Assembly (NCBI GenBank): GCA_016187335.1
Contig: JACPJW010000001.1
Location: 736,001 to 800,000, forward strand
Source of the DNA: Candidatus Aenigmatarchaeota archaeon
GTDB taxonomy: Archaea > Aenigmatarchaeota > Aenigmatarchaeia > GW2011-AR5
Direction of reading: 5' to 3'
DNA length: 64,000 nt
The notes below the pieces were generated by a model that saw only the letters and a program-made list of their open reading frames with translations, was not told where the DNA came from and made no database searches. The translations under genes and the position numbers were made by a program. Shown in pieces: positions 56,254 through 64,000 of this stretch (the first letter of the stretch is position 1; every line of letters begins with the position of its first letter).

Positions 56254-56292
56254 ATTTTCATCTTCAAATATTTTAAAAATTACTGTTCAGAC

Positions 56293-56529
56293 TTATTTCC
56301 ACCCGCTGAAGCATTCTTCTATGTCCGACGGGTCATATTTAATATCCTTTATTTTCACGTACCATATCATCGCTTTACTGGGATTCAAAGGGTCTTCAAC
56401 TATTATGGTTTCTACTTCATAAATGCCCATAGGCTTTCCCGTCTTGAATTGAACGTAGCGTATTTGCTTTAGGACTTCTACATCCCCGCTTTTCCACAAG
56501 TCTTGCTGTATTTCCTTCAGTTTGGGCAT
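56293..56529 (-). CDS. hypothetical protein
   Basis: 78 aa ORF. Confidence 0.5.
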   Translation of the reverse strand: MPKLKEIQQDLWKSGDVEVLKQIRYVQFKTGKPMGIYEVETIIVEDPLNPSKAMIWYVKIKDIKYDPSDIEECFSGWK

Positions 56530-56600
56530 GAGATTCCAGACATTTCAAACAATTTAACGCAGCGTCAAAGAAAAAACGTAATTTTCTCGTAATTCATGCG

Positions 56601-57248
56601 TTATTTCTTCCTATTCGGCTGTGTTTTCATCCAGACCCACGCCGCGACAGCGCCGAACAGGAAGCCGCCGACGTGCGCCCAGAAAGCGATGCCGCTGCCC
56701 GAGCCGCCAACAAGGCTTGTCGTGCCGAGGAAAAGCTGCATCAGAAACCAGAAGCCTATCATGTACTGCGCTGATATGGTGCCGCTGTAATATCCAGACA
56801 GGATACGCACGCGGACATCCGGAAAGAATATCCAGTAAGCGCCAAGCACGCCTGATATGGCTCCTGAAGCCCCTATTGCCGGTATGCTGGAGCCGATATT
56901 TGTCAGGTAATGCGTGGCTGTAGCTGCTACCCCCGAAAGCAGGTAGAAAACGACAAATTTTGCCTTGCCTAATTTGTCCTCAACGTTGTCGCCGAAAATC
57001 CACAGGTACCACATGTTGCCGAAGATGTGGTCGAAGCCGCCGTGCAGGAACATAGAAGTGAATATGGTGAGCAGCGAAGCGGCCGCGGGCTTGAAGCCGT
57101 AATTGTCAATAACAGCTTCGAAATTAGACAGCGACCACAGGAAAATCAGGACGTTTGTCGCAATCAGCGCATAAGTAACGTAGGCTCTGCTCTTCGCTAT
57201 GTTCTCGTCCTTGTAAGGGAAAAACTGTCCTTTCATGAAAACCATCAA
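56601..57248 (-). CDS. rhomboid intramembrane serine protease
   Basis: TSMFLHGG..HI.GNM, GASGA, AHVGG. Confidence 0.95.
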   Translation of the reverse strand: MMVFMKGQFFPYKDENIAKSRAYVTYALIATNVLIFLWSLSNFEAVIDNYGFKPAAASLLTIFTSMFLHGGFDHIFGNMWYLWIFGDNVEDKLGKAKFVVFYLLSGVAATATHYLTNIGSSIPAIGASGAISGVLGAYWIFFPDVRVRILSGYYSGTISAQYMIGFWFLMQLFLGTTSLVGGSGSGIAFWAHVGGFLFGAVAAWVWMKTQPNRKK

Positions 57249-57393
57249 TTAAACGGAAAATTCTGGCGCATCACGAAAGAATTACGCTTGAGCACAGATT
57301 TCTATTTCCGCTTTAATCCCTCGTTTCTCCGCGAAATTTTAAATACTACGGCTTGCATATTCTGACTTACCTATGATTTGACGAGGTGATTTG

Positions 57394-57564
57394 ATGAGCT
57401 ATGTGGTTGCTTCGCAGGTGAAGGAACTGATAAAGAAGCACGAGATGCAGTGCGCTTCGGACTTCTGCGACGCTTTGGACAAGGTTGTGGAGGCAAAGGT
57501 TGCAAAGGCGACTGAGCGCGCAAAGAGCAATGACAGGAAGACTGTCAGAGCGGGCGACTTGTAA
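57394..57564 (+). CDS. archaeal histone-fold protein (not in ORF track)
   Basis: MSYVVASQVKELIKKHEMQCASDFCDALDKVVEAKVAKATERAKSNDRKTVRAGDL (RKTV..D histone motif); SD GAGGTGA. Confidence 0.88.
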   Translation: MSYVVASQVKELIKKHEMQCASDFCDALDKVVEAKVAKATERAKSNDRKTVRAGDL

Positions 57565-57716
57565 GGCGGGTTTCTTGTTTTTTAATCTGTTTCTTGTTTT
57601 TATTTTTACTAAGCAGAAATAGAAGCGCAGATATTAAAGTAGAAAACGAGAAATATTTTCTGCCTTAGAAAAAGGTTATAGAAAATAAAAGAAAAAAATC
57701 AGAATACTTTTTGACC

Positions 57717-57758
57717 CTTTTGATCAAATGAAACTTTTTGAAAAAAGTTTCATCAAAA
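57717..57758. repeat. palindromic element copy (near-complete palindrome) after the SWIB-like gene
   Basis: TTTTGATCAAATGAAACTTTTTGAAAAAAGTTTCATCAAAA. Confidence 0.8.
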
Positions 57759-57760
57759 TT

Positions 57761-57913
57761 TTACTTCCCAGACAGCTTGTGCTTCTTGATGTATACCCAC
57801 AGCTTCTTCGTCATCTCGCTCGGAGCGAGCTTGCCTGAGCCGAATACGTCCTCAACAGTTTCCTTGCGGCCCTTGAAGCTTATGGAATATCCGCCAAATG
57901 CTTTCTTTGCCAT
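57761..57913 (-). CDS. small SWIB/MDM2-like protein (not in ORF track)
   Basis: MAKKAFGGYSISFKGRKETVEDVFGSGKLAPSEMTKKLWVYIKKHKLSGK; SD AGGTGA. Confidence 0.7.
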   Translation of the reverse strand: MAKKAFGGYSISFKGRKETVEDVFGSGKLAPSEMTKKLWVYIKKHKLSGK

Positions 57914-58254
57914 TATTGTTCACCTGAGAATAATTAGGAAAATAGTTTTTTAAGTCAGAAAAAAGGCAGTCTTAACGACTAGGAAGAGGTGATAATCAAG
58001 TCAATTCAATATCCCAGCAAGTCGTAACGAACTCTTATATGAGCACCCTGCGCTACCATCCAATAAGGATCTAGTCACAATCTTTCGCCCTGAGTTAGAC
58101 AAAGTACAGCGAACCTTTCAGAAATTCTTCCCATCATAAAATCATGGAAAATGCCATCTACATACTGTAACGATTTTTTTCGAATATCTCTTTCTTCCCG
58201 AACATCTCGGATAAATGTAGTTACGCCTTTCAACATTTGAGAAATCATAGTAAT

Positions 58255-58593
58255 TTATTCCCTCTGTATCCTTGCCCTGCTTGGGGTGACTATAATCCAG
58301 TCGTCGCCGACGCCTGCAATGTCGCCGTTCAGGTTGCCGACGCTGAGCTTTAATTTGTTCACGCACTGCTTCAGGTCGTCCAGGTTGGTTTCCTTGAGAT
58401 CGCGCATTCCTGCCACGACAATGTTGCCCGCCTTTATCTGCTTTATGATGCGGTCCACTGCGCCCAGAGAATCAATCTTGTCAACAACAACGTGAACCAT
58501 CGGAAGCTCCTCTTCGCCTTCCAGCTCGTGGTATTCTTCCGCAGCCGGCTCCGGCTCTTCCTTCTTTTTCCTGAACATGTCCAATAGTCCCAT
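58255..58593 (-). CDS. sepF: cell division protein SepF
   Basis: IKAGNIVVAGM, NGDIAGVGDDWIIVTPS. Confidence 0.88.
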   Translation of the reverse strand: MGLLDMFRKKKEEPEPAAEEYHELEGEEELPMVHVVVDKIDSLGAVDRIIKQIKAGNIVVAGMRDLKETNLDDLKQCVNKLKLSVGNLNGDIAGVGDDWIIVTPSRARIQRE

Positions 58594-58773
58594 GATATCA
58601 CGTAATAAAACGCTGCTGAACTTTTTAAGGTTATCACGGAAAAAACTTTAAGAAGGGAAAATCAATCCGGAAATGCAACTGAAAGCCTGTTATGAATGTA
58701 ATCCACCATAAAGGACTTTCACTTTCTGTTTTACGATTTTTTATAGTTTCAAGTGCATTTTATCTTGATATTC

Positions 58774-58905
58774 ATGGGTATACTAAGCCTCGAAGACAAG
58801 CCCGTTGCAGGCAAGTGCGCCATGTGCGGCGGCAAGATGGAAAGGGCGGCATTAGGCTACATCTGCAACGCCTGCAGGGACGGCATGAGGCAGAAGAAGC
58901 AGTAA
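58774..58905 (+). CDS. small zinc-finger protein (not in ORF track)
   Basis: MGILSLEDKPVAGKCAMCGGKMERAALGYICNACRDGMRQKKQ. Confidence 0.6.
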   Translation: MGILSLEDKPVAGKCAMCGGKMERAALGYICNACRDGMRQKKQ

Positions 58906-58933
58906 AGTTTTTTTAAGGAAGAAAAACAATACA

Positions 58934-59359
58934 ATGGCATTACAGGTTGCGAAAAGATGGCATATGAAACAAAATTCATCAGGAAAGTTTTCGCGAAGGT
59001 ATATCATTATTTCTGACACAGTATTAGAAAACTGGAGACAGGGAAATTCTGCATTCTTTGACAACGGTTATAGATGCGCATTGCCTCTAGGCTACGTTGT
59101 CCAGAGGCCAAAGGGGCCTACAAGCCCGAGACCGGGTGTAATTTACCATGAATACGAAGTTTCATGTATAAAGGACGGGTCAAGGTCGCTAATGGCTGGC
59201 TATGCCCACGAAAATGAGGTAAATATACTTTACTCGGGATTTCATGGATGGACTTCATGGAAAGAAGTCGGAAGAGCGCTGCGTAAAATATTTTGCCCTG
59301 ACGGCGGAAGGATGGTCAGGGGAAAATTGCATCAAAACATAAGGAGAGAGCCCGACTAA
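58934..59359 (+). CDS. hypothetical protein
   Basis: 141 aa ORF. Confidence 0.5.
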   Translation: MALQVAKRWHMKQNSSGKFSRRYIIISDTVLENWRQGNSAFFDNGYRCALPLGYVVQRPKGPTSPRPGVIYHEYEVSCIKDGSRSLMAGYAHENEVNILYSGFHGWTSWKEVGRALRKIFCPDGGRMVRGKLHQNIRREPD

Positions 59360-59386
59360 AGCCCCCTATAGAAGGAGGCAGAACTT

Positions 59387-60835
59387 CTATCCCTTCTTCC
59401 ACAGCTTCTTCCTCATCTTCGCGAGTTCGTAAGGATACCTGAATGTATATTCAACGGCGTGCTTCAGCCCGTGGGCAGGCTCAACGGCGACGGCGCGCCA
59501 GAACACGTAGCGCACGGGTATGATTTCATGCTCCTTTGTTTTGAGGTCGGATATCATTGTCATGAACACAAGCGACGCAAGGCGCAATAAAAATGATGCA
59601 AAAAATATTATCTGGAGCCCGCTCATGAAAAGCAGCGCCCTGCCTTCCAGGTGAGCCACGATAAAATAGCCGCCGAGAGAGCCTGCGACTGTAGCAAGTC
59701 CCCTGAGAAATGTATGGTTGGCAACATACTGCGGCCTTTTCTCGCTGGGCGTAACGGCCAGCAGGAAATTGAAGGATACAAGGTCAAATCCCGCCCATGC
59801 AAAAGACGAGAAGAAGTTGGCTATGAGTATGTGGCCGGGCGACGAGACGAACAGCCATATGAAAGGCACGAAGCATATCATTATGCCTGTTACAGCTAAA
59901 ATTTTTCTCTCGCCATAGCGGTCGCTGAGCTGCCCCCAATAGGGCTGGAAAATGAGGGTGATTAATGCTTCAAAGGAAACCAGAGCCGCGAACCATAAAT
60001 AAGAAATTTTGAGGTCGCGCAGCATGTAGACGGCAAAAAAAGGCCCCGCAATGCTGACGGCAAGGCTCATTGCTGCAAGGAAGAGTGTGAAAAGGACGAA
60101 GTTCCTGTTTATTCTCAGCGCCGCCGCAAGGTCTTTCAGGCTCAGCGTGTAAGAATGCCTGTAGTGATATACAACCGGCGTCTGCGGTTCGTGCATCTTC
60201 GCAAAAAAGTACACTGAAGCGAGGCCAAGAACGACGGAGACGGCGAATATAAGCGAGAAGCCGTATTCAGACAGCAGGGCTCCGGAAACCAGCGTTGCCG
60301 TCAGCCCCGCAAGGCCGGCAATCATGTTCCTCCTGCCGAAATAATGCCCTCGCATGTCCTGCGGGACAATGTCGCCCATCAGGCTGCTCCATGCCGGCGC
60401 GCGCATGGCGGTGAAGAAGCTTACCGCAAATAGCAGTGAAATGAGCAGATGCACGGGGCTGTTAACATTGACAAAGGGCAGCAGCAGTATGGGTATCCAC
60501 AGAATTCTGGAAATGAGCGTGGAAAACGTCCATATTGTTTTCCTGGAAAAGTACTGCGTGAGCAGCGCTCCCGGTATCTGCGCCAGGGTTTCTCCAAGCG
60601 TTCTCAGCGATGCGATTAACGCTATTTCGCTGCTCGTTGCCTTCAGGGCGAGCGCAAAGGGAGTGACGAAAGAATTGTTGATGCTTGATGCCGCAGAGCT
60701 GAGAGCCCCTTCTATTGTTGAGAAGTGCATGCTCTTCTTTGCACGGTCGTCATAGGGCATCTTTTTTTCGGAAACCCCGCCCTTCACGAGGACTTGCCGC
60801 TCTTTTTCGCCCAGCTTGCGGTTAGCAGGAGGCAT
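59387..60835 (-). CDS. MFS transporter
   Basis: 12 TM segments, WSSLMGDIVP..RG.YFG, WGQLSDRYGERK; true start probably near 60760. Confidence 0.9.
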   Translation of the reverse strand: MPPANRKLGEKERQVLVKGGVSEKKMPYDDRAKKSMHFSTIEGALSSAASSINNSFVTPFALALKATSSEIALIASLRTLGETLAQIPGALLTQYFSRKTIWTFSTLISRILWIPILLLPFVNVNSPVHLLISLLFAVSFFTAMRAPAWSSLMGDIVPQDMRGHYFGRRNMIAGLAGLTATLVSGALLSEYGFSLIFAVSVVLGLASVYFFAKMHEPQTPVVYHYRHSYTLSLKDLAAALRINRNFVLFTLFLAAMSLAVSIAGPFFAVYMLRDLKISYLWFAALVSFEALITLIFQPYWGQLSDRYGERKILAVTGIMICFVPFIWLFVSSPGHILIANFFSSFAWAGFDLVSFNFLLAVTPSEKRPQYVANHTFLRGLATVAGSLGGYFIVAHLEGRALLFMSGLQIIFFASFLLRLASLVFMTMISDLKTKEHEIIPVRYVFWRAVAVEPAHGLKHAVEYTFRYPYELAKMRKKLWKKG

Positions 60836-60917
60836 TCGTATAATTATTGCAGGTCAGATTAAATAATTCGGTTTGCATTAATTCATCCTTTTTAAGCGTT
60901 AAGGGGAAATCAATAAC

Positions 60918-61433
60918 ATGCAACCCAATCTTCTTGTTACATACGAGCCGGCTCACGGCGGCAAGGCGATGCAGGAAGTGAAGCTGTTTCTGGAAGAGGC
61001 AGGCGAAAAAGTAGAATTTCACGACAGCGGCACGGACGGCGTTTTCTTTGTCAGCGTCGGCGATGCAAAGCAAGCCGTAAGGCATCTGGTTGGGCTGTGC
61101 AGCAGCAGTCCTGAAAGGTTCCGGTACACGCAAAGGTGGATTCCTGTCGAGCGCTGGGTTTCGTCGGACATCGACGAAATGTCGTCTGTGATGGTTGAGA
61201 TGAACGACAGGATTGACGACGGAGAAAAGTGGAAGATAGACATTGTCAAGCGGGGATACGACAGGTACGGCACGCCGGAGCTGATAAAAACGCTGACGGA
61301 AAACATAGACAGGCAGCACGTGGACCTGAAAAACCCGGACAAGATAGTAAAGGTGGAAATTTTCGGGGAGAAGGCAGCTGTTGCATTGCTTAACAGCGAC
61401 GAGCTCCTGGAAGTCGCCAAGATGAAAAAATAA
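60918..61433 (+). CDS. stand-alone THUMP-domain RNA-binding protein
   Basis: RWIPVERW, WKIDIVKRG, VDLKNPDKIVKVEI. Confidence 0.85.
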   Translation: MQPNLLVTYEPAHGGKAMQEVKLFLEEAGEKVEFHDSGTDGVFFVSVGDAKQAVRHLVGLCSSSPERFRYTQRWIPVERWVSSDIDEMSSVMVEMNDRIDDGEKWKIDIVKRGYDRYGTPELIKTLTENIDRQHVDLKNPDKIVKVEIFGEKAAVALLNSDELLEVAKMKK

Positions 61434-61462
61434 GGCGGAGCCGCTTTCAAAGACCGGAGAAT

Positions 61463-62089
61463 CTATTTCTTTACCTTCTTTGTCGTCTTGAAGTGGACTT
61501 TTGCAATGCCCTCCAGCACTTCGGGGCCGTACTTCTCAGTGAGGAATTTCAAGGCCTCGTCAACATGCGCCGCTCCTTTGGGCAGTTTATACCCTACCTG
61601 CAATGAAAGCTTCCTGAGCGACGAGAGGAATTCCGCCCTTGCAAGAATTGATGCTGCAGCGACAGCAGTGTCCCTCTCGCCCCTGACCGTCTGGATTAAT
61701 TTTATTTTCCTGCCCTTTTCAAAAAGCTGTTTTTTCAATAAGCTGTCATCTGCGAACTTGTCCACGATTATTATGTCCGCATTCCCCTTTTCCAGCAAAT
61801 TCTCAATTGCCCGCGCATGCGCCCACGAAAGAATCTTGTTGAGGTTCCTGAATTTTTTGTGCAGAAGGTTGTATTTCTCCGGCGATATCTTGACTACGGA
61901 AAAATTGCACACCTTCTTTATCAGCGCCGCGAGCCTCTTGACTTCATTATCGCTGATCAGCTTGGAGTCCCTTATGCGCAGCTGCTGCAGCTTCTTTTCG
62001 TCAGCAGGACCGGCAGCGACAGCGGCGACGACGAGATACCCGAAATAATCCCCTTTCCCGGATTCGTCGGTGCCGATTTTCATGGTCAT
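61463..62089 (-). CDS. rnhC: ribonuclease HIII-type (catalytic domain only)
   Basis: IGTDESGKGDYFG, DSK, NLNKILSWAHARAIENLL, VDKF, VAAASILAR, LPKGA, AKVHF. Confidence 0.82.
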   Translation of the reverse strand: MTMKIGTDESGKGDYFGYLVVAAVAAGPADEKKLQQLRIRDSKLISDNEVKRLAALIKKVCNFSVVKISPEKYNLLHKKFRNLNKILSWAHARAIENLLEKGNADIIIVDKFADDSLLKKQLFEKGRKIKLIQTVRGERDTAVAAASILARAEFLSSLRKLSLQVGYKLPKGAAHVDEALKFLTEKYGPEVLEGIAKVHFKTTKKVKK

Positions 62090-62225
62090 TCTGATGCCCC
62101 AGTAGTTTTTTCCTTTTCAAGTTTATAAATAAGGAAAATAATAAAATAGTCAAGCAGAAGGAAAGGTTCTGCTTCATTAGGAATTTGATTCCGAAATTCC
62201 GTTCCAGATTGATAGAGGTCTAGAA

Positions 62226-62507
62226 ATGGTCTGGCTCATTGATTTCATTCTCGGCAGGACATTTGTCTACAGGATAAGGCGCCGCTACGACAAGGCCCGC
62301 GAGCGCGCGGACAGGATAAGGAACAGGATGGACAGGCTGGCAATACTCCGCATTCTGGACCAGGCGGAGCCTCAGCTGGTCATTCTGGAAGAGCAGAGTT
62401 TGTCGAGAAACGACAGGAAAAGAATCTTCGCTTACGTCAAGTCAGGCATTATCAAAGCCGAGAGAATGCTCCAGCAGCTGAAGGAAAGGAAGAAATTACA
62501 GGCGTGA
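62226..62507 (+). CDS. hypothetical helical protein
   Basis: 93 aa ORF with SD-like GAGGT. Confidence 0.6.
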   Translation: MVWLIDFILGRTFVYRIRRRYDKARERADRIRNRMDRLAILRILDQAEPQLVILEEQSLSRNDRKRIFAYVKSGIIKAERMLQQLKERKKLQA

Positions 62508-62903
62508 TTGGAAAAAATCACGGCTTTGATGCCAAATTTCCTTTTAAAGATTGAATTTTATTTAACCGTTATGGATTTTGAATTCGGAGACTTGTCCGGA
62601 TTGCGCGGAAGAAGAGTGTCTGGTTTTGTTAGATTTTCATACCTCACTGGTCCAAGTGCAGAATGCCAACATAACTATATATTTTCATTCCAAGACAGGA
62701 TTCCGGAAGCCGATGAACAGCCAAGGTTGTATTCAGGTGCAGATGTCGAAGATATAGAACCTAATAATGTTCTTTTAACATACAAAGATGCACCAAATGA
62801 AAGAATAGTGCTCGCTACCATTGAAATAGATGACAGATGCAGAGACGAAAGTCCTGATAGTGTTTCTCAGATGGAATTATTCAGAATGGACGTTGACCGC
62901 TGA
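62508..62903 (+). CDS. hypothetical protein (start uncertain)
   Basis: 131 aa ORF. Confidence 0.45.
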   Translation: MEKITALMPNFLLKIEFYLTVMDFEFGDLSGLRGRRVSGFVRFSYLTGPSAECQHNYIFSFQDRIPEADEQPRLYSGADVEDIEPNNVLLTYKDAPNERIVLATIEIDDRCRDESPDSVSQMELFRMDVDR

Positions 62904-62940
62904 AAACCTTTATAATAAACGAAGTTTATAATTTACAGTG

Positions 62941-63078
62941 ATGAAGCTTTCTATTTCGCGGTGTTCCGAGTGCAGCAAAATACGCCTAGTTGACAGAATC
63001 AAGGAAAGGAACATGGAACGCTACCTGTGCTTTGCCTGCAAGCAGAAGCTGCACAAGACGTCGCGGAGCAGGAAATGA
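62941..63078 (+). CDS. small zinc-finger protein (not in ORF track)
   Basis: MKLSISRCSECSKIRLVDRIKERNMERYLCFACKQKLHKTSRSRK. Confidence 0.55.
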   Translation: MKLSISRCSECSKIRLVDRIKERNMERYLCFACKQKLHKTSRSRK

Positions 63079-63139
63079 TTCGGATAAATATTTTTGGCTT
63101 CTTAATTAATTCTACAGGAAACCCAGGCAGGTTATTATT

Positions 63140-63991
63140 ATGAGAAGAACAGCGAAAAGAACAGCAGCCTTGGCTGCGGCTGCGATGATCGCGGCTCCTT
63201 TGATTTTCCCTGCAGCTGAATCTGCGGTTAATGCTGATAAGCCGCCGGTTGTTGAGGAAGCAAGCAGCAATTATACGAAATTCCTTAACGCAGGCCCGAA
63301 GGAATTATTAAGCCGGTTCCTTCCGCAGAAAGCCGAAGCTTCCAGCCGCACGAGCCCTTATGTTGTCGTGATGGAATGCAGGCCTGTGACATTTTATACG
63401 CTGAGGATATTCGTGAATTCCTGGGGTTACAGGCACGCCATAGTGAGGGCATGGCTTGATGCGCGTGTAAGACAGGATTGCAGGGTCGTGTCGGTTGTCC
63501 GCGATCCTCCAAGAAGAATTTACGTGCCGGGTGATCGTCCCGGAATTTACGTGCCAGGCGAGCCAGTGCCCGCGCAGCCTTCAGATCTTATCTCTTCCGT
63601 TAGCGATTTGAGGGAAGAAATCGCCCGGTATTATGAAGACCTTGGACTGGGGCTTTTGACAAAGCCGGGAGAAATATGGAAAAGGCCCGGCTACATAATG
63701 TGGAGGCGGGGATTTGAAAAAGATGGGGAATTGGTGACAACTTCTATAGCTTCAACTGCAAATCTCGGCAAAATAATAGTTCTTTATGACATGCTGCCGG
63801 AGGGGTCCGATGTGGAAGCAAGGCGAACAAGGAACTGCAATGCGCTTGAAATATACGTCAACCCCAGGCTTAAAGGAAAAACTGCAAATTATATACAGCT
63901 GCCTTCCCTGGCAATGGAAAGGAGCTCTTTGATAGAAGGGCTCGACAGGGGGCTGAGGGGCGAAACGGACTGCCTGCCGTCATACAGGTAA
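63140..63991 (+). CDS. secreted hypothetical protein
   Basis: Signal peptide; short IYVPG repeat. Confidence 0.65.
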   Translation: MRRTAKRTAALAAAAMIAAPLIFPAAESAVNADKPPVVEEASSNYTKFLNAGPKELLSRFLPQKAEASSRTSPYVVVMECRPVTFYTLRIFVNSWGYRHAIVRAWLDARVRQDCRVVSVVRDPPRRIYVPGDRPGIYVPGEPVPAQPSDLISSVSDLREEIARYYEDLGLGLLTKPGEIWKRPGYIMWRRGFEKDGELVTTSIASTANLGKIIVLYDMLPEGSDVEARRTRNCNALEIYVNPRLKGKTANYIQLPSLAMERSSLIEGLDRGLRGETDCLPSYR

Positions 63992-64000
63992 TAATCTGAA

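Overview
Archaeal chromosome window. FtsZ2, SepF, an archaeal histone, archease, RtcB, Nre, COG1361 and intron-containing tRNAs are consistent with a DPANN-type lineage, but that assignment is inference. Most of the window is housekeeping, DNA-repair, purine-synthesis and transport genes. Accessory parts are the integrase end of an element at tRNA-Met (1-2830), an AT-rich island with a probable RM pair, an IS6-like transposase and an inverted-repeat-flanked ADP-ribosylglycohydrolase (23.1-29.1 kb), and an IS200 remnant. The main signal is an RNA-splicing system. (1) The RNA ligase gene rtcB is split inside its PDGH|SGYGFPIG motif by a 29-nt hairpin with a relaxed bulge-helix-bulge (BHB) junction and an in-frame stop, so RtcB would be needed to splice its own mRNA. 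(2) A ~30-40 nt palindromic element, with at least 9 copies in the window, sits at the same D-loop position (15/16) of two different tRNA genes and at the start of the tRNA-Met anticodon intron, which suggests it generates or hides in tRNA introns. No CRISPR array or rRNA was seen.
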